DNA of 64,000 bases from assembly GCA_964035545.1 (NCBI GenBank), contig OZ037765.1, positions 8,628,698 through 8,692,697 on the forward strand. Direction: 5' to 3'. The position numbers and the translations under genes were made by a program. Positions 33,634 to 46,329 of the stretch are shown here, in pieces (within the stretch, counting starts at the first letter, position 1; each line of letters opens with the position of its first letter). The notes beneath the pieces are model-generated. The model saw nothing but the letters and a program-made list of their open reading frames with translations. It did not search any database and was not told the origin of the DNA. Source of the DNA: Bugula neritina (taxonomy: Eukaryota; Animalia; Bryozoa).

Positions 33634-36600
33634 ATGGATGGGACGGTGACTGTGTCAGGGTTTACTGGTTAGTAATTGTTAATTTAAAAATAATATTGTT
33701 TTAATTTACTTTTACTTTTAGTATTTCAATTTGCATTTTGATTTTAGTTTTACATTGTAATACTAATCGTTCAAGTTTTGCTTTTATTTCTCAAAACTGT
33801 AATCATTAAATTTAATGCAGTATAAGTAGTTGTTTGAATAAAACTTTAATGGCTAGTTAATAGTTACATTAGCTTTTTATATGGAGAGGTACAGATTGAG
33901 ATTTGATCTAAGGTTGCGGTTTCCATTTTGCTTTAAATTAAACCTTTTAGTTCTTAATAATTTATTTTATGCACTGCTAGTCAGTGCACACTAACCTAGT
34001 GTCAGTGTGACTGCCTTCTAGTAGTAGTTCTATATCGTCATCGCGAGTTTCTGGTCTTAACCATCACTGTGTAGGCTATATTAACTTTCATACACACTTG
34101 CCATGCAAAAAACTGAAATTAGACTAGAAAGTATTACTATTTGGCCTTATATAATATGCCTCATAAATAATTAATTATATATTTTTGTAGTAATAAAAGT
34201 TTTTCACAGCTCTGCCAGTAATTCAGCGCAATACACTTGGTGGTTGAAGAAGTCTAATGTTGGTAATGGGATTAATGTTACTGGGATTCCTGTATACATT
34301 AGAGAGGTTAGTATATTGACATAGTAGTAATTATACTGTTTAGGCCTTTGTAGAAAAACTAGCTATATTATTTGAAAGTTTTTATGAAATGTGATTAGCT
34401 TTTGGTATAAATAAATTCTTTGGATAAGTTTCTGCTATCTTTGTACAATGTTCATTCAAAACTAATGTTTGGTCAATATTTCAGGGTAATCTCAAGAAAA
34501 TATTTAAAAAATTTGGAATTATAGAGAAAATAAAGATTTCTCCATTGCATGGTGAAAAAGAACAGTCACATTTGCCCAGCTTTCAACAAACAAAGGTAGC
34601 TACAAAATTACTGCAATATATAACTTAAGTAAGTTATAGACCCCTTGACCACAGCCTAAAATATGTCTCCAGCAAGGTATAATGTGGTTAACATCACATG
34701 GGCATTTAGATACCTTAGAATCTTTGAAGTCACGCCTTCATAACACTCCTCTGTGAAGGTCTCCTCATCCTTCTCGAGGGTCTAGAGACTCAACACAAAT
34801 ACAGATAAATGTTTGATCATTTTATAGAAGTCTTCATTAAGTCTAGGTAGGCTTTTTAAAATTTTCTAGGTGTTCTGCTTGTTTTTATAGTATGAAGGGT
34901 TATAAAAAACTGAGTTAACAATTGGTAGGGTGTAAATGGAAGGAAGTAGTTAGGATATTTTCTAAGATAGGTGTTTTTAATATATATGTTTGCAAACAAT
35001 TCAAACTAGTTTTTTCAACTAGTATGACAACCAGCAGTGACTGACTAACATGTATCTAGAAAGGTGCCCTAATTTTCTAACAGCAATCACATTTCTACAT
35101 GTCTAAGTTAGAGTTGATATAATGACTGTGAGTTGGTAAATGATTATGAAATTTTGCCACTTGAAGCTATCCAGAAAATTATTTAAGACAGGTTCTATGT
35201 ATTGTCGTATTGTGTGGTGTTCAGGGATATAAACAAGCAGATGTATTCTTCGTCAAGTTAAGTGCAATAAAATCAGTTCTGAGGATGAAGTATGGTGACA
35301 AGTACACATTATTGGAGGAAGGATCAACATACAAACCCATGACAGATGGTAATTGTTGTGTTGGAGTTATTTTTCTCCAGGTTATTTGTAAGAATAGTGA
35401 TTGAGACACAGACACATTTTTTACGATTGGTCACACATTTTACTTGTGACCAATGATAAAAAATGATAAATAACTTATTTTAAACGACATTGCCTAATTA
35501 CATGATATACGGAGTATCTTGGCGAGAAAATAAACTCAGTTCCTGAGTTCTATACTCTATTACTAAAATTGATGTTGAAATACATTTTGTGAACACATGT
35601 TTTCAATCAATTCATAGGCATAGGCCACCTGGATGATTATGCTGCAATCCGCCTCAGTGATCATGTCATTAGAGAACTAGTAATGATTAATTCTAACTCA
35701 ATACTTGTGTTATTTGTAGCTGCTGCAATACACAGGTTATTTTTTAGGATGATTTAAATTTTGAAACCAAGGCTAAAAATGCTGCTAAGTGAGGAAAACA
35801 TATAAAACTACATTGCTTTAAATAGCAATAGTAAACAATGCTGTTCATTAGACATTTGGAAATTAAAACAACCTATATTCACTTCACATTGAAAAGGATC
35901 CAATAATTCACAGCGATGGCATCATTTTAACAGAAACTCATGCTAACTCTAGATGTAGTGAAATACTTATTTGGCGTAACATTAATAACTTATCATCTCT
36001 TGGTTACAGTTTTATTATTATTATTATAACAATCAGTCTACAAACACCCTGGCAACGAATTAAAATTATTTATATAATGATTAGATAATGACTATAGTTA
36101 TTATTACTGTCTTTTAGGCAAATTTCTTATTGATTATTATCACTTTGATAGTCACAGGTTTTAAATATTACATAGATGTACTGAGGCAGCCATGTTATAC
36201 TGTAGGCAATAGTAATGGTGTTTTATATTTTTCCAGTCTGGATTAAAGATTTGCAGACTTCGTACAACATTCAAACAGCTGATATAGCAAGCAAATGTGC
36301 AAAGTTTATGGAAGCATATGACTTGAGGAAATCAGAGGTGAGAAGTTTCATGACTTACCAGTTTCATAACTTACCAGTTTCATACTGTTGATGTGTAAAT
36401 ATTGTCAGTGCCATATGCATCTTTACACATTTATCTAACTTCTAAGCTATATTTCAGTTAGACATATTATCTTTGCTAGATATATGATATCACATCGAAT
36501 GTTTTATGTACTGTACTGAAGCATCAATACGTGTGGAAGTATGGCCAAGCTTTAGTTGCCACTACTGTAACTTTAGTTACAAGCAATACTGTTATACACC

Positions 36601-37126
36601 GTTATCTGCTCAATGTCTGGTGAAGAACAAGCTCAATGCTATTGGAGGTTCTTTGAGGTGATATACTTGCACCACTATATTATAAAATATGTAGGAGGAA
36701 AAAGGTGCAAGAAAGCTAGCTGATGAGCCAGATGAAGATGGCTGGATAACAGTTACTCGAAACAAATTCTCTCATCCACCCAAAGCTGTAAAAGCTCATG
36801 AACTGAAAAAGTTGCGTAAAAAGAAAGAAAATGCTGCTTTGGTACACTTCTACAAAAATCAGGTAATTATAATGAGTATTTTCAAGTCCTGCAGTAAGAA
36901 ACTGCTTTCCATGTTATTAGTTGCTAAAATGCAATCAAGTTTACTTCTAAATTTATATTTCATGACTAATGTGTGGTGGTATAGACATTTTGACTGTTTA
37001 ATGCACCTGTGTGTTTAGGTGACGGACACCAAGATGCAGAGAATCAGAGAGTTAAAAGCAAAGTTTGAGGAAGATAAGAAACGAATACAGGAAATGAGGC
37101 AAAAACGAAAGTTTAAGCCCTATTAA
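33634..37126 (+). CDS. RRP7A: Ribosomal RNA-processing protein 7 homolog (multi-exon)
   Basis: Exons approx. 33634-33667, 34191-34306, 34486-34594, 35225-35348, 36237-36337, 36695-36862, 37019-37126. N-terminal RRM-like segment; C-terminal EPDEDGWITV, FYKNQ and KFEEDKKRIQEMRQKRKFKPY*. Confidence 0.88.
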
Positions 37127-37679
37127 ATGTTATTAGCAAAATATTATCTGATTGTATATATTATGTAAACTTGCTTGAAGTTATACATAGCTACTATTTT
37201 GTGGAAATAAAATGTATGTAGTCTATATGGTTGCAGTTGCTATAATCCAGCTAGCGATGCACAGAATGTTGCATTTTTGCACTGTAAATACGATTGAAAA
37301 TACATCCAACTTAATTAGAGAACAAAAATTGAGATGGAGCCAATATCTTAGTATTTGAGAAAGTATTTAAGCTTTTAGAATAATACAATTTTTGCTGTAA
37401 AATACTGAACTGCTCTAACAAATTTCTGTAGGAATACTCATTTTATGTCATTCAACATCTATAACAGTTTATTTTCTTGTTTGGCGCATTTAACCCAAAT
37501 AATTTTTATCAAAATTTGTGCAAAGTACGAAATCAAACTAATAACTTTGAGCATTTAATCTGTTTTTTAAAAATGTTATGTGGAAGCAATGAAAAACACT
37601 TATTGACTGAAAGCATAAATGTGGCTGTAAAAATAGTGTTAATCAATAATTCTGCAAGGTTGTAATCCAGCATAGCTAT

Positions 37680-37967
37680 TGCCGAGGACCACATTGTAAC
37701 ATTTAGTTTGAGCTGGGGGCCACAGCATCAGTATTTTTTAAATTACGTTATTCCAAATTCCCATGATTTATTTATTACACAATAAAGTCCCAATAATTAC
37801 TGCAGGCTGCATTTTAGCATACATGTATGTAAATAGGACATTTAAAAGATGGTTTTTCCACACCAATTAATATATGGGTACAAAATAATTTCATTTCTTA
37901 TGCCTTAGAGAGCCACACAGGCTGCCCCTCCAACATCCAGCCCTGGGTCGCCTGTTGGACAGCCCTG
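37680..37967 (-). mobile_element. hAT-type MITE, degraded inverted copy
   Basis: Ends in GCCTGTTGGACAGCCCTG, the reverse complement of the start of 39422-39768; internal similarity continues for ~290 bp. Confidence 0.7.
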
Positions 37968-39421
37968 TTATATTGTATAATAAGTTGATTATATTTGGAG
38001 ACAGGGCATCAGATGATTGATGGATTCCAGAAACACTTCATAATTTGTAGATCGTTAAAAGGTGCGTAGATAGACCCTGGTAGATTCAGTAGGCTTGGTT
38101 TAAAAGTTGTGCTCTCGGTTGATGGTGTGAAAATTATAGATTGTCTTTTCTAATTTTATAATGCCATCAAATCTACTTTATTCAACTTTGGAAAAGATAA
38201 CTCCTTGTTAATATTAACATATTCTTAAAATGTTCGGTACGTAGTAAACCCACCTCAATATTACTTGAAACTGTCAAAGCAAATAATATTGCACGCTAAA
38301 AAGTGATCATGTGATCAAGCCGCCATGATCTACTAAGTTCCGGTTTGTGGAAAATCTGCATATTTGAGCATGGTAGGATATTGTCATACTTATTCATTAT
38401 TAATATTGATGTAACTATAATAAGTATTTTGCATGAATATTGAAAGAAAATTGTGTTTGTATAATTTTTTGTTATTGCAAAAGCTTTTTTTATGTAATTA
38501 TCAGTGTTGCTTGTGCTAAAACTAAGGCCCAATGGTAGTGCTATTTGATTTTCCTTATCCCGTTTCAATTTTTATGATCGAGTCACACCCCCCAAGTTTT
38601 TGTTGCTTGTTACTTCTGCCTTTTATCAGTGTTTAGAAATATTTAAAGATGCATTTCAAATAACTTTGTTGAATTCAATATGAGCGATCAACGGATTCGA
38701 ATGAAATTTAATTTAAAAAAAACCTCTCGGCTATCACTAGGAAGATGAGCATCCTAATACTAATAGTAATACATTCACCATGGCTAAGCCCAACTCCAAG
38801 AGCTAAGTATTGTAATATCGATTACAATCACTTGTTTATAAAGTTTCTTCGAGCTCATTCCTTATTTAAATTAGAAATTGGCGTCACATAATTATAATAT
38901 TAAGATGAAGATTTGCATTAAACTTAAATAATAAATGTTGATGAATTGCTGCAATGTTAGTGCATTTATCTAGTGTAAGGCAAAACTTTTCAACTGTCTA
39001 ACTGAAGATATAGTAGAGGAAGCATACACAATAAATAGCTGGAAAAAAACATAAACAGACAAAAAAGATATTAGGAACAAGAAGTAAAGAAACAAAACTT
39101 GTCAATACATCACACAGTTTGGATTTTTGGCAGGCACATTGGTGGCTAATTAGCCCAATTCAGAGAAGCATGTGATGAGTTTGTTTGTTTTGACTGGAAA
39201 AAAGTCCCAATTAATTTATTAAATAGCATGCATAATCATAATCATGATAACTTCAAATTTCAACTACTAAAATAGCATATAATTTTCAGTATATGTATAC
39301 TTTAGCCATAGTTTTAAGTGCATAAGATTTTTGCTATATCAGGAAATACAATGACCTTGCACATTAAAAATCTAGCCTTTATGTAAGGATTTAAGGTCTA
39401 GATATTGTCTACAGTCTACAC

Positions 39422-39768
39422 CAGGGCTGTCCAACAGGCGGCCCTAGGGCCGGATGTGGCCCCCAGCTTACATTTATGTGGCCCTCAAAGGCATAAAGCT
39501 AAAATAATTTTTCACTGTTTACATGAATTATAGTGAAAAGCCACCTTTTAAATGCCTTATTTATACAAATAACACAAAAAATGCAGCTGACAGTAACTAT
39601 TGAGACTTAATTGTGTAATGATTCATAAAGTTTTGGAATAACGTAGTTTGAAAAATACTGATGCTGTAGCCCCCCCCCCCCCAGCACAAGCTGAAGCTTA
39701 CAATGTAACCCTCACCATGAAATATTTCATTTCTGTGGCCCTCGGTTTGAAAAAGTGGGACACCCCTG
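39422..39768 (+). mobile_element. hAT (Charlie-like) MITE, 347 bp
   Basis: TIRs CAGGGCTGTCCAAC / GTGGGACACCCCTG, subterminal GGCCC motifs, 8-bp TSD GTCTACAC / GTCTACAG. Confidence 0.85.
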
Positions 39769-40638
39769 GTCTACAGCATCATAGTGACAGTAACCTAGCA
39801 ACCTTTAGTGTAGTAAGATTTTTTCTTCTGGCCAAAGTAAAAACGACTGCAAAAATGTGAGCAAGTAGTAGCAAATAATAAATTGAAAAAAATTGAGCCA
39901 CTGTCAAACTAATAATTATAAATTTATTATTCATCAGCTAGGTTGAGTCTATGGCTAGAGAAGTCAAAATCAAAAAGCAATTTAAATTACTCAATTGTTT
40001 CTTGTCTAGATTCAATTCAATTTTGTCATATCATTTTCTAGAATTTTTTTTCAGAGCACGTGCAATTAATAAAAATTTGATAGTTTAAAATAAAAGTTTG
40101 GTAGCTTAAATAAAATAATTTGTAGCTTTAATTAACTAATGAATCCTAGCAAATTAAGGTTGCTATGGTAATAATCGCTAAATGGTGTCTGATTACAATA
40201 GCCAGTAAGCCTCTTTAACAAAATTGAAATTATAGTTCATTGCTGGAATGATTTCAAAGAATTTTTATTGGGGCAATGTTAAATCACCATATTTGAGTGT
40301 TTAGTAGAAAAGCTACAAGTTGAATTAATTCGAAACTTTGGAATTGCTCAAATTTCAAAAGCCCATCAAAATTATCAGGTTAAATCTGATTGGATCAAGC
40401 AATTCACTTTAAATTTTTACTGATTTGATATATGTAACCTATGCTTGTTTTGACTCTGAATATTTCTTTGTTTGGCATTTGTTGATAGATGTAATTTAAA
40501 TAACTTACAGTAGTGTCTGTCTTCATTTTTTAAAGAAGTGCTTCCGGAAAATTAATATTTCAACATTAAAGCACCTATTTTAATGTTTTTTTTTGTGTTT
40601 GTTTATAGAGCAAACTTTTAATTTATTTAATATTTTAG

Positions 40639-43600
40639 GCAAGTTTTTTCAGTGGATTTGGTCAAAGTGCTGAAATATCTATACAGCTGAATGATGTGGA
40701 AGGTAGAAAAACCGTTGAGTACAAATCTACAGACCAGGACATAAAAGATAGTAAATCCCCTTTGTATTTTGATGGCGAGACAGTATCAGGACAGGTTATT
40801 GTTTTTTTCATCATTCATAAATATACTTATCATTTTGTTAATAATTTTTATCAAACAACTTTTGGATGTTTTGTTTCTTCAGGGTATTTTATTGATGATC
40901 TCTTATAGAAATTGCTATGATGCGGTGGTAATAATTTTTAATCCGTTGTGTTTTAGGTGCACATCAAACTAAAGAAGCAAGGATCTAAACTGGATCACAG
41001 AGGAATACGAATAGAATTTATTGGCCAAATTGGTGAGTTCCCTCATCGTAAATTGTCGAAATTTTATACAATGTGGTTATCAGTGTCTTCAAATAAACAC
41101 AATATATTATGTGCCACTTGTTAGTGCCTCTGATAACCTAAAGTTAGTGCATGCATGCATAATTTCAATGTTCCTGGTAATTATTTTTGCCATACATTTT
41201 AATTCACATTATTACATGATTTTAATGCCCAAATAATTTCACTGCCCACCATTTTGTAGGATCAAAAATTCCAATAGAATGCTTGTGTTTGTAATCAGTA
41301 GGTTGTTTACAGGGCATGATCGTTGATAATAATACAAGGAATTTATATTATCAATTAAAACAGTTCTTTAGTAATAGCCTTGAAACAGGATATGCCTTCA
41401 TCTTTGTTAATTAACTTTTAACTGCTATATTTACATGACTATATAACCTAGGTCTAACATGAAATTGCTCAATGCTTCAAATTGTTTATGTGAAACAAAT
41501 TTGCTTTTCTAATATTTACATCAATGTTTGTATGTAGAGTTGAGCTATGAAAGAAACACACCTTATGAGTTCACTTCATTGGTTCGCGATTTGGCGACAC
41601 CTGGTGATTTAACTGCGAATAAAACATTTGACTTTGAATTTGTCAACGTGGAGAAACCTTTTGAGTCGTACTTTGGGGCCAACGTCCTTCTCAGGTAGTT
41701 TTTAAAATCTAATCATCTTTTTTATGTTTTTGCAATTATGTTGTATGATTTTATCTGTAGTCTTGCATTAAATATTTTCTATATTTTTCAACTTGTCAAT
41801 CACCTGTATTGCTTTTATAGATACTTTCTCAAAGTGACCATTGTGAAAAGTTTGAGTGACATAGTAAAAGAGCAAGAAATTCTTGTGCACACGCTAGCCC
41901 ATTATCCAGAGCTAAATAACTCCATCCGGATGGAAGTGGGGATTGAAGACTGCCTGCATATCGAGTTCGAATATAACAAATCCAAGTGAGTTTGTGCATA
42001 CTGTATGTATTACTGAGACTAACTAAACCACTTCACTGGTACAGTGTGATTGACTGCTCCTTATTCACCCTTGTTTACCATTTCACATGCATGCGCACAG
42101 ACATATGCTGGGCCCATATAATATTTTGCATGACAATTATTTTCCAAGTGGACGTCATTCATTTATTCATAAGTCTAACTGAACAGAAGCACTAAAAAGC
42201 GCAAGACGGATAGTTGCTAATTAGGCTTGTTCGGTTTTCACGCACGATTTGAGACTTGTGCCATTATTATTGTGGCATTTAAGTGCAAATATATTTGAAC
42301 CTGATGGCACTACATTGCAAAGTGAACTTTATTCGATACAAAGTTAGAAAAGCCCTTCAATCGACAAATTTATAAAAAAAATTTCACACTCTTCACACTA
42401 GGGATATGTACAGGTACTTAGATAAGGAATTTTTTCTAATTCTGCTGTCATTACGAGTCCTAATTTGTTGGTTTGTAACATTTAATGAGTCATTATATTT
42501 ACACTAGTAGATGTTAACAGCTCACCATGGCCCAAAACCGATTTATAATGCTGTAATTCATGTTTTTTTAGGAAACTCTATTGTATCAAATTTCCAGCCA
42601 GTTTTGTATTTTTAGATACCATCTTAAAGACGTAATAGTGGGGAAAATATATTTTATATTAGTTCGTATAAAAATTAAACACATGGAAATCCAGATAATC
42701 AAAAGAGAGACAACTGGAACGGGTCCCAACACCTATAACGAGAATGAAACCATAGCCAAATATGAGATCATGGACGGAGCCCCCGTCAGAGGTAAGTTAC
42801 TTGTGCCAGTATAAATCTCTTGCTTTATGCTGTGCCAATTTCACTTCCTAGTTTTTGTCGTGTATAAGGGAGCATTATATGTGGCCCGTCCACAGGTTTT
42901 TAGTATAGTTTTTTAGTCTTGGGCTACCTCAGCGTGTAAAGTGCCAACTATAATTGAATGAAATAAATATTGATGAATAATATTTCAGGCGAAAGCATCC
43001 CCATCAGATTGTTCTTGAGTGGATATGAACTTAGCCCTACTTTGAGAGAGATAAACAAGAAGTTTTCTGTTAGATATTTCTTAAATCTGGTACTTATTGA
43101 CGAGGAAGATAGGAGATATTTCAAACAGCAGGTGAGATTTACTTGCCTTCTATTCCAATTATCTTATTGTCTGTATTTGTGGTTGCGTCTAGTAGTAATT
43201 TTGTTAAATATATATTTTTGTTTCCAATGTCTTTTCAATTAGAAGTTGTCTTCTGTACTGAAAAGTTGTTCATTCATTCACCTGGTGGCTAATGGAATTT
43301 TATACCTTGATTTCTTATATATACTGTTTTATTTATACAAGATCCTGTATACGTGTGGTGGAATTTTTTAATGGGAGGTGCTTTGAAATTGGGGTTGTAT
43401 TCACTGCATTTAGTGGTAGTTGACAAAGAAGCCGTGATTGGTTAAAAGTGCTTCTAATGGAAGTAGTTTTGATTTAATTTTATTTGACTGAACTCTCGGT
43501 GACAGTTGACTTACATGTAGCATATTTCTTAGGAAATCACGTTGTTCCGTAAAGCAGAAAAGCGAGGAACTACTCATTCACATGCTATGAACTCTGCTAT

Positions 43601-43652
43601 AACTCGACATGCAGACAGAGAAACAAATCCGTCTGCTTCAAAGGCTTCATAG
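40639..43652 (+). CDS. VPS26: Retromer subunit VPS26 (A/B type); start codon is on an upstream exon that was not pinned down
   Basis: [111 protein letters not shown] and RRYFKQQEITL across 8 GT-AG exons. Confidence 0.97.
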
Positions 43653-46329
43653 ATGTCACTGGTTCTCACCCTGTAGACCAAATCTTCGTAACCATCTTCA
43701 AGAGTGACATGGTGCTCTGACTGACTTAACTAACATAGTATTGTTATGGCTTATGCAGCCAGTTTCATGGATACTGTCATAAGATTTTGCAAGATAACTG
43801 TTTGTAGATTATTGAGTACATTGTCAGTTGCTCATTCAGTCTAAATCTTATTTATTATATTATGTAAATTGACTTGTGATGTAGACAAAATTTGTTGTTT
43901 ATTTATGCAGCACTATTTGAAATTATGTACAGTATATTTTATTATTGAATGTGTTGGTTTTCAAAGTCACACTGCAATTAGAACAGTGACTGAATATAAA
44001 AAGGTCCAACATACAATAATTTTTATTCCATATAGCATCAATAAATTATTCACCACAATCCTACCAGGCACATACATGTATTATATGTATTCCTTTTGAG
44101 TCCACCAGGCTAATTTTTTTCTGCTAGGTAGTTTATAGTTTAAGCATACTTTTAAAGCCGCCAAGTGGCAATAATATGTGAAATGCAGCATAAAGATACA
44201 TGTTAAATATATAAGTTCCTGTAACTTGTAAGGTGAAGATTGCAAACTAGCGTGATATGTTCACTTTAACCCTCTGTTGTAAACCAAAGGGGGAGAGTTT
44301 CTAGACTCGCTGTTAATGAGTTGCTGTTATGCGGGTTCTTGCCTGTTAGCCAGCCACAACTTGGTCGGTATATATTTATATTTCACCGATAGAACTTAGG
44401 TTTCCACCACGCCATCTTGTAGACAAATTATACTGGTCGTACAAGACGATGCGTCAAGGAAAAGTTAATATTATTCCTTTTTTGTAATTTAGGTCAGTGC
44501 AAATACTATACTACTGTCATTATTAAATGCATGATTTAGTTTTACTTTATCTTTTAGCTTTTTCTTGTCACACCTAATATTTAAAAAACCGGCTTTGCGC
44601 CATTACCTCTTCCTATAATATTTGCCCTCAGATTTGGCCATGGGTTTTTACAGGACACTGCAGTAGTTGCACTTGTAGTTTAATTTTATACCTTACAGTT
44701 TGAGTTACTACAGTAGACGTAGTAAGTAAACTAGTGGAGTGTTACGTACGTGTGGAGTATTATTGTTGCTCGCAGAGTTTTTATCTATCGGTAGTACAAC
44801 TACATTAATGATTAAAAATATTATCGAATTTCAATTTGATCATTCATTCAATCATATTCATTGTGATTGTCCATTGAATTTGATGATTAAATTTGAACTT
44901 GGAAGTCAACATGAGGCTCAGGCTGAAGGCTAAAACTAAAAGTAAAACTGAAAGTTATTTAAAGTGAAGGTTAAAGTTAAACTAAAACCTACTCTTAGTC
45001 TTAGTCTCAACAGTGAGTTAACTCTTAAGTCTAAGCCTAGGGTAAACTTAAACTTAAAGGTAAAAGTAAAAAAAGAACGAGTCGTCCCAATCGGCAATGA
45101 TTATGATGGCTATCACTATCAGTATCACCATCACGCGGTTTAAAATTAACATAAACATTAGCATGAAATTGAATATCAATATGAATATCTCATTCAGTTG
45201 AATTTAAAATGTAAAAAATTATTCATATTGATATTCTGTCAGTATTCATATTGATAATCATAATGATCATAAGGATGTTTTTCATTTACTAGTACTAGTA
45301 GTAGTATCTTACTTAGGCTACTCTTAATCTCACTAGACACTTCTAGAGTTGACGACTTAGAGTTAGTATTAGTATTGATAATTTAAATTATAAATATCTT
45401 ATATATCTCATTTTTAGGCACTACTACTAGTACTAGGAATAGGTAGACACTCTCAATTACCAGCTCATCATCATCCATAATAAATTTAATCCATAGCCTA
45501 TAGGTGAATTTCAAAATAAAGTTGGAAAGATTGCTTAGTCTAAGTATGATAACAAGGGTAACAGTTATATTCACTAGTCTTTTGGCTGTCCTGGTGACTA
45601 TAGTAAAGGAATGATAAAGATTTATTTTTATCTGAGTTGATCCCTGCTAGAAATTAGCCCAGGTGGATGATAGGATACACATTCTGAAATAGATAAATAT
45701 GGAGAAGGAGAAGAAAACCAAGTTGCACTCACTATTAGTTAGCAGAAATGTTTGCTGTGTGCCTAACAAAGCAAAATTGATAGCATAAAAATGCATCTAC
45801 CTTTTATGCTTGAACAATATGTCCCGTGCTTAAAAAGCTTATGATGGTCACAAATAAAAATGATCTGGTGTTTTAAAAGAATGAAAAGTGTGCCAAAAAT
45901 TAAAGACAAACGTAAAATGTGAACAAATAAAATTATAATTGTTATTGGTGGTTTGTTTTTGCGTAAAAGTATACACTGTATCAGTATGTAGCATAACTGT
46001 CATAAATGTATAATCTGATGATTATGTTGACGAAATTAATCAAAAGTAACTAAAATTATATTTTTGCTGTCTACAACCAAGTATTATAGAACAACTTTAT
46101 TAAAACCCAAACAATAGAAATTACTTATTGGCCATTTGATCATGCCATGAGTTATTTGTGGACATACATTTGCCTCGATGTTCTTCATGGTAGCTTAAAA
46201 TTTGTCATTAATTATTTGTTGTGCTTGTAAACTGCTACTATATTACACAAGGTACAATTTTTATTGTTATATTTCCCTTCAATTTTCAGTGGAAATAAAT
46301 GTTTGCATTTATTTGCACAGCGGCTAAAA

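Noticed and set aside
37680-39768. Composite transposon formed by two inverted hAT MITEs around 37968-39421
   Set aside because: The right copy has its own TSD, the left copy's outer end is decayed, and the enclosed ORF-like text (38296-38568) is unidentifiable. Independent insertions are more likely.
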